Of a stretch of DNA of 64,000 bases, positions 56,139 to 64,000 are shown one piece after another; position 1 is the first letter of the stretch, and each line of letters begins with the position of its first letter. The position numbers and the translations under genes were made by a program. The notes beneath the pieces are model-generated. The model ran no database searches, was not told where the DNA came from, and saw only the letters and a program-made list of their open reading frames with translations. Source of the DNA: Auanema rhodensis (lineage: Eukaryota; Animalia; Nematoda); the NCBI GenBank assembly GCA_964057225.1, contig OZ059897.1, positions 19,902,001 to 19,966,000 of the forward strand. The letters run 5' to 3'.

Positions 56139-57893
56139 ACGATGGACAATGTTATTTAACGAAAAAATTAATTCTTCAGGGTGAAAATCGAGGATATAAG
56201 TGTAAACTTATATCAGTTGATATCTCGGTGCATTTTTAAGCTAGCGCAAATCTGATAACACAGATCGACGCAGCTTAAAAATCCGCATCGAATGCACTAT
56301 ACTACATTGGGAAACGCTTAATACAAAAATTAGTTATGATCGTTTGAAAAATGATGCATTAGTGTATGTTGAGTTTCCATGTACACTCAACATTGCTTCC
56401 AAAAACATTTTGACAAAAATTTTTTCGAAAAATTTCAAAATAATTTAGCAAAAAGTAGATGTTTTTAGATTCCTTTTTTTAAGGTAAAGACGATGGACAA
56501 TGTTATTCAACGAAAAAATTAATTCTTCAGGGTGAAAATCGAGGATATAAGTGTAAACTTATATCAGTTGATATCTCGGTGCATTTTTAAGCTAGCGCAA
56601 ATCTGATAACACAGATCGACGCAGCTTAAAAATCCGCATCGAATGCACTATACTACATGGAAGAACGCCTAATACAAAAATTAGTTATGATCGTTTGAAA
56701 AATGATGCATTAGTGTATGTTGAGTTTCCATGTACACTCAACATTGCTTCCAAAAACATTTTGACAAAAATTTTTTCGAAAAATTTCAAAATAATTTAGC
56801 AAAAAGTAGATGTTTTTAGATTCCTTTTTTCAAGGCAAAGACGATGGACAATGTTATTCAACGAAAAAATTAATTCTTCAGGGTGAAAATCGAGGATATA
56901 AGTGTAAACTTATATCAGTTGATATCTCGGTGCATTTTTAAGCTAGCGCAAATCTGATAACACAGATCGACGCAGCTTAAAAATCCGCATCGAATGCACT
57001 ATACTACATTGGGAAACGCTTAATACAAAAATTAGTTATGATCGTTTGAAAAATGATGCATTAGTGTATGTTGAGTTTCCATGTACACTCAACATTGCTT
57101 CCAAAAACATTTTGACAAAAATTTTTTCGAAAAATTTCAAAATAATTTAGCAAAAAGTAGATGTTTTTAGATTCCTTTTTTTAAGGTAAAGACGATGGAC
57201 AATGTTATTCAACGAAAAAATTAATTCTTCAGGGTGAAAATCGAGGATATAAGTGTAAACTTATATCAGTTGATATCTCGGTGCATTTTTAAGCTAGCGC
57301 AAATCTGATAACACAGATCGACGCAGCTTAAAAATCCGCATCGAATGCACTATACTACATGGAAGAACGCTTAATACAAAAATTAGTTATGATCGTTTGA
57401 AAAATGATGCATTAGTGTATGTTGAGTTTCCATGTACACTCAACATTGCTTCCAAAAACATTTTGACAAAAATTTTTTCGAAAAATTTCAAAATAATTTA
57501 GCAAAAAGTAGATGTTTTTAGATTCCTTTTTTCAAGGCAAAGACGATGGACAATGTTATTCAACGAAAAAATTAATTCTTCAGGGTGAAAATCGAGGATA
57601 TAAGTGTAAACTTATATCAGTTGATATCTCGGTGCATTTTTAAGCTAGCGCAAATCTGATAACACAGATCGACGCAGCTTAAAAATCCGCATCGAATGCA
57701 CTATACTACATTGGGAAACGCTTAATACAAAAATTAGTTATGATCGTTTGAAAAATGATGCATTAGTGTATGTTGAGTTTCCATGTACACTCAACATTGC
57801 TTCCAAAAACATTTTGACAAAAATTTTTTCGAAAAATTTCAAAATAATTTAGCAAAAAGTAGATGTTTTTAGATTCCTTTTTTTAAGGCAAAG
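56139..57893. repeat. Alternating dimer (TTGGGAAAC monomer / ATGGAAGAAC monomer), 2.5 copies
   Basis: TTGGGA + TTTTAAGG in monomers 56139, 56841, 57543; ATGGAAG in 56490 and 57192. Confidence 0.85.
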
Positions 57894-60800
57894 ACGATGG
57901 ACAATGTTATTTAACGAAAAAATTAATTCTTCAGGGTGAAAATCGAGGATATAAGTGTAAACTTATATCAGTTGATATCTCGGTGCATTTTTAAGCTAGC
58001 GCAAATCTGATAACACAGATCGACGCAGCTTAAAAATCCGCATCGAATGCACTATACTACATTGAGAAACGCTCAATACAAAAATTAGTTATGATCGTTT
58101 GAAAAATGATGCATTAGTGTATGTTGAGTTTCCATGTACACTCAACATTGCTTCCAAAAACATTTTGACAAAAATTTTTTCGAAAAATTTCAAAATAATT
58201 TAGCAAAAAGTAGATGTTTTTAGATTCCTTTTTTCAAGGCAAAGACGATGGACAATGTTATTCAACGAAAAAATTAATTCTTCAGGGTGAAAATCGAGGA
58301 TATAAGTGTAAACTTATATCAGTTGATATCTCGGTGCATTTTTAAGCTAGCGCAAATCTGATAACACAGATCGACGCAGCTTAAAAATCCGCATCGAATG
58401 CACTATACTACATTGAGAAACGCTTAATACAAAAATTAGTTATGATCGTTTGAAAAATGATGCATTAGTGTATGTTGAGTTTCCATGTACACTCAACATT
58501 GCTTCCAAAAACATTTTGACAAAAATTTTTTCGAAAAATTTCAAAATAATTTAGCAAAAAGTAGATGTTTTTAGATTCCTTTTTTCAAGGCAAAGACGAT
58601 GGACAATGTTACTCAACGAAAAAATTAATTCTTCAGGGTGAAAATCGAGGATATAAGTGTGAACTTATATCAGTTGATATCTCGGTGCATTTTTAAGCTA
58701 GCGCAAATCTGATAACACAGATCGACGCAGCTTAAAAATCCGCATCGAATGCACTATACTACATTGAGAAACGCTCAATACAAAAATTAGTTATGATCGT
58801 TTGAAAAATGATGCATTAGTGTATGTTGAGTTTCCATGTACACTCAACATTGCTTCCAAAAACATTTTGACAAAAATTTTTTCGAAAAATTTCAAAATAA
58901 TTTAGCAAAAAGTAGATGTTTTTAGATTCCTTTTTTCAAGGCAAAGACGATGGACAATGTTATTTAACGAAAAAATTAATTCTTCAGGGTGAAAATCGAG
59001 GATATAAGTGTAAACTTATATCAGTTGATATCTCGGTGCATTTTTAAGCTAGCGCAAATCTGATAACACAGATCGACGCAGCTTAAAAATCCGCATCGAA
59101 TGCACTATACTACATTGAGAAACGCTTAATACAAAAATTAGTTATGATCGTTTGAAAAATGATGCATTAGTGTATGTTGAGTTTCCATGTACACTCAACA
59201 TTGCTTCCAAAAACATTTTGACAAAAATTTTTTCGAAAAATTTCAAAATAATTTAGCAAAAAGTAGATGTTTTTAGATTCCTTTTTTCAAGGCAAAGACC
59301 ATGGACAATGTTATTCAACGAAAAAATTAATTCTTCAGGGTGAAAATCGAGGATATAAGTGTGAACTTATATCAGTTGATATCTCGGTGCATTTTTAAGC
59401 TAGCGCAAATCTGATAACACAGATCGACGCAGCTTAAAAATCCGCATCGAATGCACTATACTACATTGAGAAACGCTTAATACAAAAATTAGTTATGATC
59501 GTTTGAAAAATGATGCATTAGTGTATGTTGAGTTTCCATGTACACTCAACATTGCTTCCAAAAACATTTTGACAAAAATTTTTTCGAAAAATTTCAAAAT
59601 AATTTAGCAAAAAGTAGATGTTTTTAGATTCCTTTTTTCAAGGCAAAGACGATGGACAATGTTACTCAACGAAAAAATTAATTCTTCAGGGTGAAAATCG
59701 AGGATATAAGTGTGAACTTATATCAGTTGATATCTCGGTGCATTTTTAAGCTAGCGCAAATCTGATAACACAGATCGACGCAGCTTAAAAATCCGCATCG
59801 AATGCACTATACTACATTGAGAAACGCTTAATACAAAAATTAGTTATGATCGTTTGAAAAATGATGCATTAGTGTATGTTGAGTTTCCATGTACACTCAA
59901 CATTGCTTCCAAAAACATTTTGACAAAAATTTTTTCGAAAAATTTCAAAATAATTTAGCCAAAAGTAGATGTTTTTAGATTCCTTTTTTTAAGGCAAAGA
60001 CGATGGACAATGTTATTCAACGAAAAAATTAATTCTTCAGGGTGAAAATCGAGGATATAAGTGTAAACTTATATCAGTTGATATCTCGGTGCATTTTTAA
60101 GCTAGCGCAAATCTGATAACACAGATCGACGCAGCTTAAAAATCCGCATCGAATGCACTATACTACATTGAGAAACGCTTAATACAAAAATTAGTTATGA
60201 TCGTTTGAAAAATGATGCATTAGTGTATGTTGAGTTTCCATGTACACTCAACATTGCTTCCAAAAACATTTTGACAAAAATTTTTTCGAAAAATTTCAAA
60301 ATAATTTAGCAAAAAGTAGATGTTTTTAGATTCCTTTTTTCAAGGCAAAGACGATGGACAATGTTATTTAACGAAAAAATTAATTCTTCAGGGTGAAAAT
60401 CGAGGATATAAGTGTAAACTTATATCAGTTGATATCTCGGTGCATTTTTAAGCTAGCGCAAATCTGATAACACAGATCGACGCAGCTTAAAAATCCGCAT
60501 CGAATGCACTATACTACATTGAGAAACGCTTAATACAAAAATTAGTTATGATCGTTTGAAAAATGATGCATTAGTGTATGTTGAGTTTCCATGTACACTC
60601 AACATTGCTTCCAAAAACATTTTGACAAAAATTTTTTCGAAAAATTTCAAAATAATTTAGCAAAAAGTAGATGTTTTTAGATTCCTTTTTTCAAGGCAAA
60701 GACGATGGACAATGTTATTCAACGAAAAAATTAATTCTTCAGGGTGAAAATCGAGGATATAAGTGTAAACTTATATCAGTTGATATCTCGGTGCATTTTT

Positions 60801-63800
60801 AAGCTAGCGCAAATCTGATAACACAGATCGACGCAGCTTAAAAATCCGCATCGAATGCACTATACTACATGGAAGAACGCTTAATACAAAAATTAGTTAT
60901 GATCGTTTGAAAAATGATGCATTAGTGTATGTTGAGTTTCCATGTACACTCAACATTGCTTCCAAAAACATTTTGACAAAAATTTTTTCGAAAAATTTCA
61001 AAATAATTTAGCAAAAAGTAGATGTTTTTAGATTCCTTTTTTTAAGGCAAAGACGATGGACAATGTTATTCAACGAAAAAATTAATTCTTCAGGGTGAAA
61101 ATCGAGGATATAAGTGTGAACTTATATCAGTTGATATCTCGGTGCATTTTTAAGCTAGCGCAAATCTGATAACACAGATCGACGCAGCTTAAAAATCCGC
61201 ATCGAATGCACTATACTACATTGAGAAACGCTTAATACAAAAATTAGTTATGATCGTTTGAAAAATGATGCATTAGTGTATGTTGAGTTTCCATGTACAC
61301 TCAACATTGCTTCCAAAAACATTTTGACAAAAATTTTTTCGAAAAATTTCAAAATAATTTAGCAAAAAGTAGATGTTTTTAGATTCCTTTTTTCAAGGCA
61401 AAGACGATGGACAATGTTATTTAACGAAAAAATTAATTCTTCAGGGTGAAAATCGAGGATATAAGTGTAAACTTATATCAGTTGATATCTCGGTGCATTT
61501 TTAAGCTAGCGCAAATCTGATAACACAGATCGACGCAGCTTAAAAATCCGCATCGAATGCACTATACTACATTGAGAAACGCTTAATACAAAAATTAGTT
61601 ATGATCGTTTGAAAAATGATGCATTAGTGTATGTTGAGTTTCCATGTACACTCAACATTGCTTCCAAAAACATTTTGACAAAAATTTTTTCGAAAAATTT
61701 CAAAATAATTTAGCCAAAAGTAGATGTTTTTAGATTCCTTTTTTCAAGGCAAAGACGATGGACAATGTTATTCAACGAAAAAATTAATTCTTCAGGGTGA
61801 AAATCGAGGATATAAGTGTAAACTTATATCAGTTGATATCTCGGTGCATTTTTAAGCTAGCGCAAATCTGATAACACAGATCGACGCAGCTTAAAAATCC
61901 GCATCGAATGCACTATACTACATTGAGAAACGCTTAATACAAAAATTAGTTATGATCGTTTGAAAAATGATGCATTAGTGTATGTTGAGTTTCCATGTAC
62001 ACTCAACATTGCTTCCAAAAACATTTTGACAAAAATTTTTTCGAAAAATTTCAAAATAATTTAGCAAAAAGTAGATGTTTTTAGATTCCTTTTTTCAAGG
62101 CAAAGACGATGGACAATGTTATTTAACGAAAAAATTAATTCTTCAGGGTGAAAATCGAGGATATAAGTGTAAACTTATATCAGTTGATATCTCGGTGCAT
62201 TTTTAAGCTAGCGCAAATCTGATAACACAGATCGACGCAGCTTAAAAATCCGCATCGAATGCACTATACTACATGGAAGAACGCTTAATACAAAAATTAG
62301 TTATGATCGTTTGAAAAATGATGCATTAGTGTATGTTGAGTTTCCATGTACACTCAACATTGCTTCCAAAAACATTTTGACAAAAATTTTTTCGAAAAAT
62401 TTCAAAATAATTTAGCAAAAAGTAGATGTTTTTAGATTCCTTTTTTCAAGGCAAAGACGATGGACAATGTTATTCAACGAAAAAATTAATTCTTCAGGGT
62501 GAAAATCGAGGATATAAGTGTAAACTTATATCAGTTGATATCTCGGTGCATTTTTAAGCTAGCGCAAATCTGATAACACAGATCGACGCAGCTTAAAAAT
62601 CCGCATCGAATGCACTATACTACATGGAAGAACGCTTAATACAAAAATTAGTTATGATCGTTTGAAAAATGATGCATTAGTGTATGTTGAGTTTCCATGT
62701 ACACTCAACATTGCTTCCAAAAACATTTTGACAAAAATTTTTTCGAAAAATTTCAAAATAATTTAGCAAAAAATAGATGTTTTTAGATTCCTTTTTTCAA
62801 GGCAAAGACGATGGACAATGTTATTCAACGAAAAAATTAATTCTTCAGGGTGAAAATCGAGGATATAAGTGTAAACTTATATCAGTTGATATCTCGGTGC
62901 ATTTTTAAGCTAGCGCAAATCTGATAACACAGATCGACGCAGCTTAAAAATCCGCATCGAATGCACTATACTACATTGGGAAACGCTTAATACAAAAATT
63001 AGTTATGATCGTTTGAAAAATGATGCATTAGTGTATGTTGAGTTTCCATGTACACTCAACATTGCTTCCAAAAACATTTTGACAAAAATTTTTTCGAAAA
63101 ATTTCAAAATAATTTAGCAAAAAGTAGATGTTTTTAGATTCCTTTTTTCAAGGCAAAGACGATGGACAATGTTATTCAACGAAAAAATTAATTCTTCAGG
63201 GTGAAAATCGAGGATATAAGTGTGAACTTATATCAGTTGATATCTCGGTACATTTTTAAGCTAGCGCAAATCTGATAACACAGATCGACGCAGCTTAAAA
63301 ATCCGCATCGAATGCACTATACTACATGGAAGAACGCTTAATACAAAAATTAGTTATGATCGTTTGAAAAATGATGCATTAGTGTATGTTGAGTTTCCAT
63401 GTACACTCAACATTGCTTCCAAAAACATTTTGACAAAAATTTTTTCGAAAAATTTCAAAATAATTTAGCAAAAAGTAGATGTTTTTAGATTCCTTTTTTC
63501 AAGGCAAAGACGATGGACAATGTTATTCAACGAAAAAATTAATTCTTCAGGGTGAAAATCGAGGATATAAGTGTAAACTTATATCAGTTGATATCTCGGT
63601 GCATTTTTAAGCTAGCGCAAATCTGATAACACAGATCGTCGCAGCTTAAAAATCCGCATCGAATGCACTATACTACATTGGGAAACGCTTAATACAAAAA
63701 TTAGTTATGATCGTTTGAAAAATGATGCATTAGTGTATGTTGAGTTTCCATGTACACTCAACATTGCTTCCAAAAACATTTTGACAAAAATTTTTTCGAA

Positions 63801-64000
63801 AAATTTCAAAATAATTTAGCAAAAAGTAGATGTTTTTAGATTCCTTTTTTCAAGGCAAAGACGATGGACAATGTTATTTAACGAAAAAATTAATTCTTCA
63901 GGGTGAAAATCGAGGATATAAGTGTAAACTTATATCAGTTGATATCTCGGTGCATTTTTAAGCTAGCGCAAATCTGATAACACAGATCGACGCAGCTTAA

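Larger units (their letters stand above)
1..64000. repeat. Tandem satellite DNA array, 351-bp monomer, about 182.4 copies, open at both window ends
   Basis: ACGATGGACAATGTTATT recurs at 1, 352, 701, 1052, 1403 ... 39291 ... 63861. Spacing is 351 bp, or 349 bp in 11 copies (182x351 - 22 = 63860, consistent with the last start at 63861). No unique sequence interrupts the array. Confidence 0.99.

Noticed and set aside
1-64000. Repeat-protein ORF, since 351 is a multiple of 3 (117 codons)
   Set aside because: Stops occur in all six frames in each monomer (plus: 31-33, 44-46, 99-101; minus: TTA/TGA complements such as 14-16, 70-72 and 297-299), and 2-bp deletions break the frame.
1-64000. CRISPR array
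   Set aside because: There are no unique spacers; the whole 351 bp repeats and no cas genes are present.
1-64000. Whole array as an assembly or concatemer artefact
   Set aside because: Shared, hierarchically nested variants and positional gradients are unlike random read error; only individual duplications remain in doubt.

Overview
The whole 64 kb window is one uninterrupted head-to-tail array of an AT-rich satellite DNA (about 31% GC by hand count of the consensus). It has a 351-bp monomer: 182 complete copies plus a 140-bp partial copy, all in one orientation, typically differing at 0-6 positions. Eleven copies are 349 bp because of one shared 2-bp deletion. I found no genes, RNA genes, transposon insertions, inversions or CRISPR arrays, and all six frames carry stops in every monomer. 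This looks like eukaryotic heterochromatic or (peri)centromeric satellite, plausibly from an invertebrate with little CpG methylation; that is inference, and I do not recognise the family. I did not find a new gene system. The interesting structure is (i) several dyad symmetries and a possible cryptic ~162-bp internal duplication in the monomer, (ii) variants that perfect those palindromes, (iii) two linked monomer haplotypes with a left-to-right frequency gradient, and (iv) local higher-order duplications of 2, 3, 5, 6, 9, 11 and 19 monomers. All variant counts were made by eye and may miss a few sites. 'm' positions are 1-based within the monomer, using the copy at 1-351 as the frame.
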